The notes under the pieces: model-generated
Seen by the model: the letters and a program-made list of their open reading frames with translations, nothing else
Databases searched by the model: none
Told to the model about the DNA's origin: nothing
Translations under genes and position numbers: made by a program
In this document: positions 7,687 through 15,071 of the stretch, in pieces
Layout: every line of letters begins with the position of its first letter
Position numbering within the stretch: position 1 is the stretch's first letter
Source of the DNA: Chlamydiae bacterium RIFCSPHIGHO2_12_FULL_49_11
GTDB taxonomy: Bacteria > Chlamydiota > Chlamydiia > Chlamydiales > 2-12-FULL-49-11
NCBI GenBank assembly: GCA_001794905.1
Contig: MGLW01000049.1
Span: 1 to 15,071, forward strand
Length of the DNA: 15,071 bases
Reading direction: 5' to 3'

Positions 7687-9003
7687 TTAAGCGGCGAAGA
7701 GTTCGTAGTTGTCGTCGAGCTTTGTGCCGGCGCGGAGGATGATGATGCCGTCACGGATGACCACCTTTTCCGAGTCGTACCGGTCGAGGTTTTTTGTGTT
7801 CACGAGGGTGACGTTGTTTCCGATGCTGCACCCTTCATCGATGATCGCTTTTTCAATGTAACAGTGGCTTCCGATGGTCGACGGACGCGAGGAAAAGTCG
7901 GTGTTGCGGTTATTGCCCAGAATAATCGAGCGAACGACCCGTGTGTGCTTGCCGATGTGGCTTTCGGCGCCGATCATCGACCCTTCGATGAGGTCGGCTT
8001 CGATGACGCTGCCGTCGCACACGATCGCATTTTTGATAAGGGTGTTGACAATTTTGGGGGAAGGGAGGCTTCTGTTATGCGCAAATATAGGGTGTTTAGG
8101 GCTGTATAAGTCCAGGCACATTTCTCCCGAAACAATTTTCATGTTTGCTTCATAAAATGAGGCGATCGTGCCGATGTCTTCCCAATACCCGTCAAAAATG
8201 TAAGCAAAGGTATTGCAGCATGTCAAGGATGTCGGAATGATGTGTTTGCCGAAGTCTTCGCGCGGATCGTCGTGGAGCAGTTTGATGAGCGCCTCTCGCT
8301 TGAAGAGGTAGATTCCCATCGAACCGAGGAAAGAACCTTCATTCAACTTGTCATGGTAATGCGCTATGTGTTTGCGGATGCGAAAACGGTCCAGGAGCGG
8401 GTCGGTTTGCGGTTTTTCATAAAAATCGGTGATTTTTGCTTCGGAGCCGATCTGCATCACCCCCATGCGCCTTGCCTCCTTTTCTCGTGAAACGATCGTG
8501 GCAATCGTCACATCGGCATCTTTTTCGATGGCAAACTGGAGCATCTCATTCAAATCCATCCAGTAAACTTGGTCTCCCGATAAAATGAAGAAATATTTTG
8601 CTCCGGAATTCAAGATGTGCCTCAAATTTTTCCGCACCGAATCGGCCGTTCCCAGATACCCCGCTTGGTGAAGGGGCGTCTCTTCGGGCCCCAATATTTC
8701 CAGATGCTTGGGTTGCATATGCTCGGGTGTGTAGGTTTCCGCAAGGTAATTATTCAGAGTCGACGCCAAAAATTGTGAGATCACGTAGATGTTTGCCGAC
8801 TTGGCCATCAAAGAGTTGGCGATCGGTATGTCGATGATCCGATACCGTCCGCCGAAAGTGACGGCCGGTTTGCACCGCATTGAGGTCAAGGGAAAGAGCC
8901 GCGTTCCTTCTCCTCCTGCCAGAATCACGGTAGCAACATCTTGATCTGTAAGAGCGCTTGGATATTTCACGGGGAGAGGGATGCCTGCCGGAGACGGTTT
9001 CAT
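7687..9003 (-). CDS. glgC: Glucose-1-phosphate adenylyltransferase (ADP-glucose pyrophosphorylase)
   Basis: ILAGGEGTRLFPLTSMRCKPAVTFGGRYRIID, GTADSVR, ILSGDQ, FYEKP, SMGIY, DFGK, YWEDIGT and a C-terminal beta-helix. Start at ATG 9003, preceded by GAGG. Confidence 0.97.
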   Translation of the reverse strand: MKPSPAGIPLPVKYPSALTDQDVATVILAGGEGTRLFPLTSMRCKPAVTFGGRYRIIDIPIANSLMAKSANIYVISQFLASTLNNYLAETYTPEHMQPKHLEILGPEETPLHQAGYLGTADSVRKNLRHILNSGAKYFFILSGDQVYWMDLNEMLQFAIEKDADVTIATIVSREKEARRMGVMQIGSEAKITDFYEKPQTDPLLDRFRIRKHIAHYHDKLNEGSFLGSMGIYLFKREALIKLLHDDPREDFGKHIIPTSLTCCNTFAYIFDGYWEDIGTIASFYEANMKIVSGEMCLDLYSPKHPIFAHNRSLPSPKIVNTLIKNAIVCDGSVIEADLIEGSMIGAESHIGKHTRVVRSIILGNNRNTDFSSRPSTIGSHCYIEKAIIDEGCSIGNNVTLVNTKNLDRYDSEKVVIRDGIIILRAGTKLDDNYELFAA

Positions 9004-9052
9004 GAACCTCTTTATAAAAACCACACACGTAATTATCAAATAAAAAAAGAAA

Positions 9053-9928
9053 TTAATTCCAGTTTTTTATAATTAGCTGGGCTTCAGAAATCAGGTCTGT
9101 TTTTTCGAGACCCTCTACCCAAGCGGTAAATTCGCGCCGGTCATTTTCATGGTCCAAATTTTCCGACAGGAGGATCAGGTAGGCATTGAGGGTGTCATTT
9201 TTTTGATACTCAGGATCTTTCAGAACGGTCCAGGCGGCTTTTCCGATTTCCGGATCGGAGGAAAAACAGCCGAGGCATGCACAAGCGGAGTATGTTGCGC
9301 TTGTCACCGGTTTTGTATAGAGGCGTTCGATGAGAAAAACCTTTGCTGATTCGCCGAGGCCATGGAGTGCAGTCATCATGCATTCGTCGGCCCAAAAGTC
9401 ACCTCGGCCCACGGCTTCAAAGAGGGGAGCGAGGGCCCTCTCGTCGGGCATTTTTCCAAGACATCGGGCGGCAAGGGCGGGAGAGCGGCCGTATCCGGGG
9501 TAAAGGGGGTCGTAAAAATGGTCCGAGCGGATAAGGTCGATGAGATGAGGGATCATTTCGGGACCCATGCGCATGACAGCATCGATTTCATCGTCGGGAG
9601 AATCTTCTTCGGATAAAATCAGGTCGCTGAGTTTTTTTGCGACTTCCGAATCACCCTGGTATACTTCCCGAAAACGGGAATACATTTCTTTGGCCCCGGA
9701 GACTTCCTTTTTTGCCGCTTCGGGCAGGGCTATGTCGCAGAAATTCTTGCCGTACTTTTCTTCCATGTATTGGAGCTCTAACAGGCGCTCACTTGAAAAG
9801 TCACTCATGACTCCCGGTCCGCCTTTTCTGTAATATTCGACCATGATGGGGAAACTCGAAGAAAAATGCGCATCGCGGTGCATCAAAATTTCCATATCGA
9901 CGGCATCAAGCATGGGAAAATCGTTCAT
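9053..9928 (-). CDS. Conserved hypothetical protein with HEAT-like helical repeats
   Basis: 291 aa with an N-terminal LMHRDAHF motif and the HEAT-like segments ALAARCLGKMPDERALAPLFEAV and ALHGLGESA. Strong SD (AGAGGTG); overlaps the lipA end by 23 nt. Confidence 0.75.
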   Translation of the reverse strand: MNDFPMLDAVDMEILMHRDAHFSSSFPIMVEYYRKGGPGVMSDFSSERLLELQYMEEKYGKNFCDIALPEAAKKEVSGAKEMYSRFREVYQGDSEVAKKLSDLILSEEDSPDDEIDAVMRMGPEMIPHLIDLIRSDHFYDPLYPGYGRSPALAARCLGKMPDERALAPLFEAVGRGDFWADECMMTALHGLGESAKVFLIERLYTKPVTSATYSACACLGCFSSDPEIGKAAWTVLKDPEYQKNDTLNAYLILLSENLDHENDRREFTAWVEGLEKTDLISEAQLIIKNWN

Positions 9929-10856
9929 TCATCACCTCTCTGATTTCTTTGGCGTTAAAACTGGAGCGGACAAAAGGGCCGCTGTATATGTGAGGGATGC
10001 CGAGCGATTCGCCCCGGATTTTGTATTCTTGGAATGTTTCGGGAGTGACGAATTCTTTTACCGGAATCTTTATCCTCGAAGCCTGGAGGTAATGTCCGAT
10101 CGTGACAATGTCAACTCCGACGCGATGTAGGTCGGTCAAAGTTTGCACTACTTCTTCACCGGTTTCGGAAAGGCCCACCATGATACCCGACTTGATGAAC
10201 GGCACAAGCCGGGACGCTTTTGCGTGGGCAAGCACGGCAAGGGAGCGCTCATAGGTTGCCCTATGGCGCACACGAGGAGTAAGGCGCTCTACCGTTTCGA
10301 GATTGTGGTTAAAAATTTCCGGTTTTTCGGCAAGGACAAGGTCGAGAGCGCGCCAATCTCCGTTGTAGTCGGAAGTTAAAATTTCGAGGGTCACGCGAGG
10401 ATTTTCCCGCCTGACAGCGCGCATCACTTCGACAAGGTGGGAGGCCCCCTGGTCGCTCAGGTCGTCGCGAGCGACCATTGTGATCACGACATGTTCGAGT
10501 CCGAGCTCATGCACCGAGAGCGCTACTTTCATCGGTTCCTCCCGGTCCAGAGGTTTCGGCGTTTTGGCAAAGTCGATGTCGCAAAATCCACACGCGCGGG
10601 TGCACTCTTTTCCCATGATGAGAAATGTGGCGGTTTTTTTCGAAAAGCAGGTGGTGCGATTGGGACATTTGGCCTCTTCACACACCGTATTCAGTCCGTA
10701 CTTTCGCAAAATCGATTCGGTTTGGAAAACTTCATCCCCTTTGGGAAGCGGCCTGTGCAGCCATTTCGGAAACCTTCCCGACTTCTCTGCATCGGGATTT
10801 TCGGGGAGAAGGGGAAGGCGGCGCCTTGCTTGGTTTTTTATCTGGTCCATTGTCAT
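9906..10856 (-). CDS. lipA: Lipoyl synthase (radical SAM)
   Basis: CEEAKCPNRTTC (CX4CX5C), CTRACGFC (CX3CX2C), FNHNLETV, KSGIMVGL and GPFVRSSF. Start at 10856 via ATGA overlap with the lpdA stop (316 aa). Confidence 0.97.
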   Translation of the reverse strand: MTMDQIKNQARRRLPLLPENPDAEKSGRFPKWLHRPLPKGDEVFQTESILRKYGLNTVCEEAKCPNRTTCFSKKTATFLIMGKECTRACGFCDIDFAKTPKPLDREEPMKVALSVHELGLEHVVITMVARDDLSDQGASHLVEVMRAVRRENPRVTLEILTSDYNGDWRALDLVLAEKPEIFNHNLETVERLTPRVRHRATYERSLAVLAHAKASRLVPFIKSGIMVGLSETGEEVVQTLTDLHRVGVDIVTIGHYLQASRIKIPVKEFVTPETFQEYKIRGESLGIPHIYSGPFVRSSFNAKEIREVMNERFSHA

Positions 10857-12235
10857 CGCTTGGGGAGGTGTATGGGTTTTCCGAGAGCCAGGTGGGCCGT
10901 TTCGAGCCATACTTCGCTGAAGGTGGGGTGAGGGTGGATGGTGTTTCCAAGAGATTCTACCGTCAGTTCATTTTCAATGCACACGGCAATTTCGGAAATC
11001 ATGTTGCCCGCTTCGTGTCCAATCATGAAGGCGCCGTAGATTTGCCCCGTCTTTGGATTTGTCACGAGCTCGGCAAACCCTTCTTCGTCCCCGACCGCTT
11101 TTGCTTTTCCGAGTGCCCGGAACGGGAATGTGGACGAGACGGCATCAAACCCTTTTTTGCGTGCTTCTTCCAAGGTATAACCGATCGTAGCGATTTCAGG
11201 GTCGGTGAAAATCACTGCCGGAATCCGGTCGTAGTGCATCCGTTTTTTTTGGCCGAGCATGTTATGGACGGCAACGATCGCCTGATGGGAGGCGGTGTGT
11301 GCCAGCATCGATTTTCCCGTTACGTCTCCGATCGCATAAATGTTTCCGGCCTGTGTTTGGAGAGAATCGTTTACTTCGATAAAGCCACGCGCATCGGTTG
11401 TGACGAGTGCGTTTTGCAAACGGAGTTCGTCTGTGTAAGGGGCTCTTCCGACACTCACGAGGAGAGCATCCCCTTCCACTTTTGTTCCGTCGGAAAGGAA
11501 GCAAAGGATGCCGTTTCCGGTTTTTTCCACCCGCTCCATTTTCACGTTTGTCATGAGTTCGATCCCTCGTTGCCGGAATGCATTTTCAAGAAATGAACTG
11601 ACCGATTTACCTTGGAGCATGACGATATTCGGTAAAAATTCGACGATGGTAACAATGCTGCCCAGGGCATTGAAGAGAGAAGCGAATTCGCACCCGATGT
11701 ACCCGCCTCCCAGCACAATCAGTTTTTTTGGAACGCGAGTCATTTCCAAAATGGTGGTCGAGTCGTGAATCACCGTGCCGTCGACCGGACAAAAAGGGAG
11801 CGCCATCGGAACGCTGCCGGAGGCGATGACGGCGTGTTTAAACGCGATCACTTGGGCCTCATCGCCGCGCCGCACCTTGATCTCGCTACTAGATACAAAA
11901 GAGCCCGTCCCTTCGAGGATGGCGATGCCGTGGGATTTGACGAGACCTTTGACGCCGCGCGCAAGTTCGTCTACTACCCTATCTTTACGCTCTTTCATGG
12001 CGTCATAATGGACGGTAAATCCGGCCACATCGATGCCGAATTTCTTCGCCTCGCGGATGGTGTGTACAATTTTCGCGTTGTTGAGCAGAGCTTTGGTCGG
12101 AATACACCCTTTGGTAAGGCACGTGCCGCCGATGCGGTCTTTTTCGACGAGGGCCGTCTTCAGACCCGAGAGGGCCGCATAAATGGCAGCTACGTAACCT
12201 CCGGGCCCGCCGCCGATAATAACGACATCATACAT
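10853..12235 (-). CDS. lpdA: Dihydrolipoyl dehydrogenase (E3)
   Basis: IIGGGPGGYVAA (FAD), GGTCLTKGCIPTKAL (redox disulfide), VLGGGYIGCE (NAD), IYAIGDV and HPHPTFSE. Confidence 0.97.
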   Translation of the reverse strand: MYDVVIIGGGPGGYVAAIYAALSGLKTALVEKDRIGGTCLTKGCIPTKALLNNAKIVHTIREAKKFGIDVAGFTVHYDAMKERKDRVVDELARGVKGLVKSHGIAILEGTGSFVSSSEIKVRRGDEAQVIAFKHAVIASGSVPMALPFCPVDGTVIHDSTTILEMTRVPKKLIVLGGGYIGCEFASLFNALGSIVTIVEFLPNIVMLQGKSVSSFLENAFRQRGIELMTNVKMERVEKTGNGILCFLSDGTKVEGDALLVSVGRAPYTDELRLQNALVTTDARGFIEVNDSLQTQAGNIYAIGDVTGKSMLAHTASHQAIVAVHNMLGQKKRMHYDRIPAVIFTDPEIATIGYTLEEARKKGFDAVSSTFPFRALGKAKAVGDEEGFAELVTNPKTGQIYGAFMIGHEAGNMISEIAVCIENELTVESLGNTIHPHPTFSEVWLETAHLALGKPIHLPKR

Positions 12236-12272
12236 GGCCCAGATTGTACATTTTCACGTTTATTTTTGTCGA
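12236..12272 (-). promoter_or_regulatory. Sigma70/66-type promoter TCGACA-N18-TACAAT-N7-ATG for the lpdA operon
   Basis: -35 at 12272-12267 and -10 at 12248-12243, each a 5/6 match; then ctgggcc and ATG at 12235. No SD. Confidence 0.65.
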
Positions 12273-12293
12273 TCATTCAGGTAATATTTGAAC

Positions 12294-12767
12294 ATGACTC
12301 AAGAAAAAACGCGTCTTTGCCCCTCCTGTGAGGGAAGGGTCGAAAACAAGGCTAGAGCATGTCCTTATTGCGGCATTTCTTTATACAAAAAAGTGGAACC
12401 GGAAACGGACGACCAGCTTCGTTTCAAATTTGCGCCGCCCTACCAAACCGAGATGGGAAAACAGCTTTTCGAATCTTCCAAAAAATTATTTCAATCGGAC
12501 ACGCCGGTAATCCCTGTGGCTCCGAAAAAGCCCCGCACGCCTTTTTTTCACTCCGATTTTGTGACTAAAGTGGTGCCGACGTTTCTTTTAAGTCTTGGCT
12601 CTCAATTGTTTGTATTAGCTTTTGCCATTTTCTTCTTCAGTGCCAAAAATTCTTTTGTGCTCGAGTGGAACGCGCACTCGTGGTGGAAATTTCTCCTTTG
12701 TTCCGCTGTACTTAGTTTCTTGGGATACCGCTTTTTGGGCAGACGAAAAATTAAAGATCCCGCGTAA
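12294..12767 (+). CDS. Zinc-ribbon (CPSC...CPYC) protein with two C-terminal TM helices
   Basis: Two CxxC pairs at the N-terminus, a Pro-rich linker and two hydrophobic segments. Divergent from lpdA. The ORF track uses TTG 12288; ATG 12294 lies 6 nt after TAATAT. Confidence 0.82.
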   Translation: MTQEKTRLCPSCEGRVENKARACPYCGISLYKKVEPETDDQLRFKFAPPYQTEMGKQLFESSKKLFQSDTPVIPVAPKKPRTPFFHSDFVTKVVPTFLLSLGSQLFVLAFAIFFFSAKNSFVLEWNAHSWWKFLLCSAVLSFLGYRFLGRRKIKDPA

Positions 12768-12777
12768 TTTTTGTTTC

Positions 12778-12793
12778 TGTAATAATAAGACCC
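12778..12793 (+). promoter_or_regulatory. Possible extended -10 (TG-t-AATAAT) 7 nt before ATG 12794
   Basis: Sequence tg-t-aataat-aagaccc-ATG; no SD in the 26-nt intergenic gap. Confidence 0.35.
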
Positions 12794-14509
12794 ATGTATG
12801 CGTTAAAACACCCGACTGCCATCGTGGCACGGGGAATTGAAAATATTATCATAGTGGAAAAAAACAGTACCCATTTTCCCGTCCGCCTTGCCTGCGCTGC
12901 ACTCAGCCGCCTGATCAGCATCACTGTCTTTCCCGTGATTCTCCTACTGGAGACCCTCTTTTATCGCATTCCCCGAATGTTATGTGCGATCGATGATCAA
13001 AAAAAGTTTAACAGCCGGGCTGATACGGTCGGCAAGTACCTCCTTGCCTTTGTCTTGTTCCCTTTCGGCATCCGTGCCGGAGACGGCGTTTCGATCTTCT
13101 TTCTCCGCCGCTTTCCGAGTCCGTCGGTTCTCCCTTTCGGCCGCGAAGAAAAACATGGGCTTCGGATGGATCGGGTGCTTCACCCCCAGAAGACGTATGA
13201 GCTGGAAAATATCGTGAAGGAAGCGATCCGCGATAAGAAACAGGTGTCGGTCGTAGGAGCGGGAATGAGCCAAGGCACGCAAACCGTGCCAAAAGATCCG
13301 CACCAGGTAGTCGTTACTATGGAAAACTTTCGGCAGATTGAGGTATTTGAAGAGCGAAATCTCGTGAAAGTGGGTGCCGGTGCTACCTGGGAAAAAATCC
13401 AGATGGAATTGAACAAGAGGAAAAAGTCGGTCATAGTAAAACAGGCATCCGATATTTTTTCTGTGGGCGGTTCGATTGGAATCAATTGCCACGGATGGGC
13501 CCATGAAGCGGGGCCTCTTTCGAATACGGTTGTTTCCCTTGATATCATTGATGCAAACGGGGAATTTAGGACACTCACGCCGGAAGATGAGCTGTTTGGC
13601 TGCATATTCGGCACTTTGGGATATTTTGGCATTGTCGTAAATGCAACCCTCAAAATCGTAGATAACGTGAGGCTGGAAGAATCGACCACCGAGATTGATT
13701 CTGCGGAGTTTGCCGCACATTATGCACGGGACATTCAAAATCATAATTATCCTCTCTTCGGCGGACGATTATCTCTCGACGGAGGAAAAAAAGATCCTCT
13801 CGGCAAAGTATGCATGGTGCAGTATGAGTGTAAGGGAAATACTCCTCTGGTCACGCCGAAATTCATTTTTGAACCGAGGCGGGGGACAGTGGTGGAAAGG
13901 ATCGGCCTTAATTTACTCGCACATCTCTACGATGTTTCTGCAAAAATACTGACCCGCTGGTTTTGGAGCAAAGAGAGAAAGGCAATGCTTCGCGGGAATA
14001 AATTCCTCACCCGTAACGCAGCTCTTCACCCCCCTATCAATTCGTTTACGATGTTGCATCATTCCGATCTGCATGCACAGTGGCTTCAGGAATATTTCGT
14101 CACAAAAGACCATCTGGCAGAGTTTCTTTCTTATCTGGGAAGTATTCTCAAAAAAAATAAAGTACGACTCGTCAATGCCACAATCCGTCCCGTGCTGCGC
14201 GATACCGTATCCATTCTGCCGTACGCCGAACAAGACAGGTTTGCGGTTGTGATCAGTTTTGCCCAGTGGAAAACAAGAAAAGCCGTGCGTAAAACAAAAG
14301 CGTGGGTACAAGAGGTCAATCGCCATCTCATTGCCCGGCATGACAAATATTACCAAGCCTATTTTCCGTTTGCCTCAAGAGATGAATTTAGGCTCTGTTA
14401 CGGAGAAGACTGTGTGGACAACTTGCAGCGGCTGAAAGAAAAGCACGATCCTCATCATGTTTTCGGAAACAGGTACACAGCCAAATATTTTGATAGGGAG
14501 AGTCAATGA
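12794..14509 (+). CDS. FAD-binding oxidoreductase (VAO/PCMH family, aldonolactone-oxidase-like) with hydrophobic N-terminal extension
   Basis: VVGAGMSQG, VKVGAGATW, FSVGGSIGINCHG, IFGTLGYFGIV, LQEYFV, NATIR and the C-terminal LKEKHDPHHVFGN. About 125 extra N-terminal residues with two hydrophobic stretches. Confidence 0.9.
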   Translation: MYALKHPTAIVARGIENIIIVEKNSTHFPVRLACAALSRLISITVFPVILLLETLFYRIPRMLCAIDDQKKFNSRADTVGKYLLAFVLFPFGIRAGDGVSIFFLRRFPSPSVLPFGREEKHGLRMDRVLHPQKTYELENIVKEAIRDKKQVSVVGAGMSQGTQTVPKDPHQVVVTMENFRQIEVFEERNLVKVGAGATWEKIQMELNKRKKSVIVKQASDIFSVGGSIGINCHGWAHEAGPLSNTVVSLDIIDANGEFRTLTPEDELFGCIFGTLGYFGIVVNATLKIVDNVRLEESTTEIDSAEFAAHYARDIQNHNYPLFGGRLSLDGGKKDPLGKVCMVQYECKGNTPLVTPKFIFEPRRGTVVERIGLNLLAHLYDVSAKILTRWFWSKERKAMLRGNKFLTRNAALHPPINSFTMLHHSDLHAQWLQEYFVTKDHLAEFLSYLGSILKKNKVRLVNATIRPVLRDTVSILPYAEQDRFAVVISFAQWKTRKAVRKTKAWVQEVNRHLIARHDKYYQAYFPFASRDEFRLCYGEDCVDNLQRLKEKHDPHHVFGNRYTAKYFDRESQ

Positions 14510-15071
14510 GCATACAAACAGTAGCGCCATCGCCGTTTCGGCACGTATTTGCCACGACGCCTGAGATGAGAAACCGCTTCGTCCAATTTTTGACGACGAT
14601 TTTTTACCGGCTCGATGAAAAAAAGGTGCTCTTCCGAATGAACTGTCTCGTGAACGATCTTTCTCTCAGCGACGAGGAAATTTATACCGATCTTGCCTCT
14701 CATATCGGAGAAATGGAAAAAAGTTTCGGTGCCATCCGGCAGCTCTACTCTCTCCGCGTTCTAAAACGGGGGATGGCAGACCAAGCAAAACGACTTTTAA
14801 CCCCCTTCAATCCCGATGCGTTTCACGACTATCTTGAAATTTATAACCGAAGATACCTTGACGTATTGCGATCGAGGGCCGGGCTTTGTCTGGACGGGCA
14901 AACGGTAGCAGCTGCCGATTTTCCTCCCGACGGAACCGCTGCATCGAAACTGGAAGCGGGCGCCCTCTTTTCCAAATTTCCGTACCAAAAACATGTTTCC
15001 CTCAACGATTCCGAATGTTCCAATCCCTCGCAGCACCCCGAAATGACCCATAAACCGATCGGACCGGAGGT
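14506..15071 (+). CDS. Probable class I SAM-dependent methyltransferase-like protein (5' part; runs off window)
   Basis: Not in the ORF track. Open from ATG 14506 (ATGA overlap, GGAG upstream) to the window end: MSIQTVAPSPFRHVF...FVQFLTTIFYRLDE...SDEEIY...FHDYLEIYNRRY...HKPIGPE. From memory, it resembles the C-terminal methyltransferase region fused to this oxidoreductase family in other bacteria. Confidence 0.6.
   Translation, partial: MSIQTVAPSPFRHVFATTPEMRNRFVQFLTTIFYRLDEKKVLFRMNCLVNDLSLSDEEIYTDLASHIGEMEKSFGAIRQLYSLRVLKRGMADQAKRLLTPFNPDAFHDYLEIYNRRYLDVLRSRAGLCLDGQTVAAADFPPDGTAASKLEAGALFSKFPYQKHVSLNDSECSNPSQHPEMTHKPIGPE

Noticed and set aside
5285-10910. Longest-ORF starts at 5371, 6585, 9039 and 10910
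   Set aside because: They add non-homologous N-termini or long overlaps. Downstream ATGs fit the family N-termini and the SD or overlap signals better.
10437-12331. Long plus-strand ORFs, including 10625..11596 (323 aa)
   Set aside because: Shadow frames of lipA and lpdA; no SD or family features.
12980-14356. Minus-strand ORFs of 254, 169 and 147 aa
   Set aside because: Antisense to the FAD oxidoreductase.
12794-14509. Oxidoreductase as DHCR24 sterol reductase or DprE1
   Set aside because: It shares only the general VAO fold. The GINCHG, LQEYFV and NATIR motifs fit a different subfamily, so the substrate cannot be assigned.
1-15071. CRISPR array, tRNA/rRNA, integrase or IS element
   Set aside because: Intergenic gaps are all under about 140 bp, and no repeat-spacer pattern, structural RNA signature or recombinase motif was seen by eye.

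Overview
Gene-dense bacterial chromosomal window, most likely from an environmental member of the Chlamydiae (inferred from chlamydial-style MurA, GlgC 'RCKP' and LipA 'RSSFNA' motifs and from gene neighbourhoods). Left to right: partial murA; a beta-lactamase-fold protein lacking its catalytic motifs; an orphan PhoR-like histidine kinase; and an AT-rich islet encoding a secreted Gly-rich protein and a small multi-TM protein (possible toxin/immunity pair). A long minus-strand run follows, in transcription order: lpdA, lipA, HEAT-like protein, glgC, metallophosphoesterase, pseudopilin-like gene, CDP-glycerol glycerophosphotransferase, second pseudopilin-like gene, GspK-like gene. On the plus strand are a zinc-ribbon membrane protein and an FAD oxidoreductase coupled to a partial methyltransferase-like gene. 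The most striking non-coding signal is that nearly every transcription-unit head has a -10-like hexamer 6-7 nt before its ATG, suggesting widespread leaderless mRNAs, while internal genes use SD sites or overlaps. No rRNA, tRNA, CRISPR or IS element was seen. All family calls come from motif recognition, not database searches.
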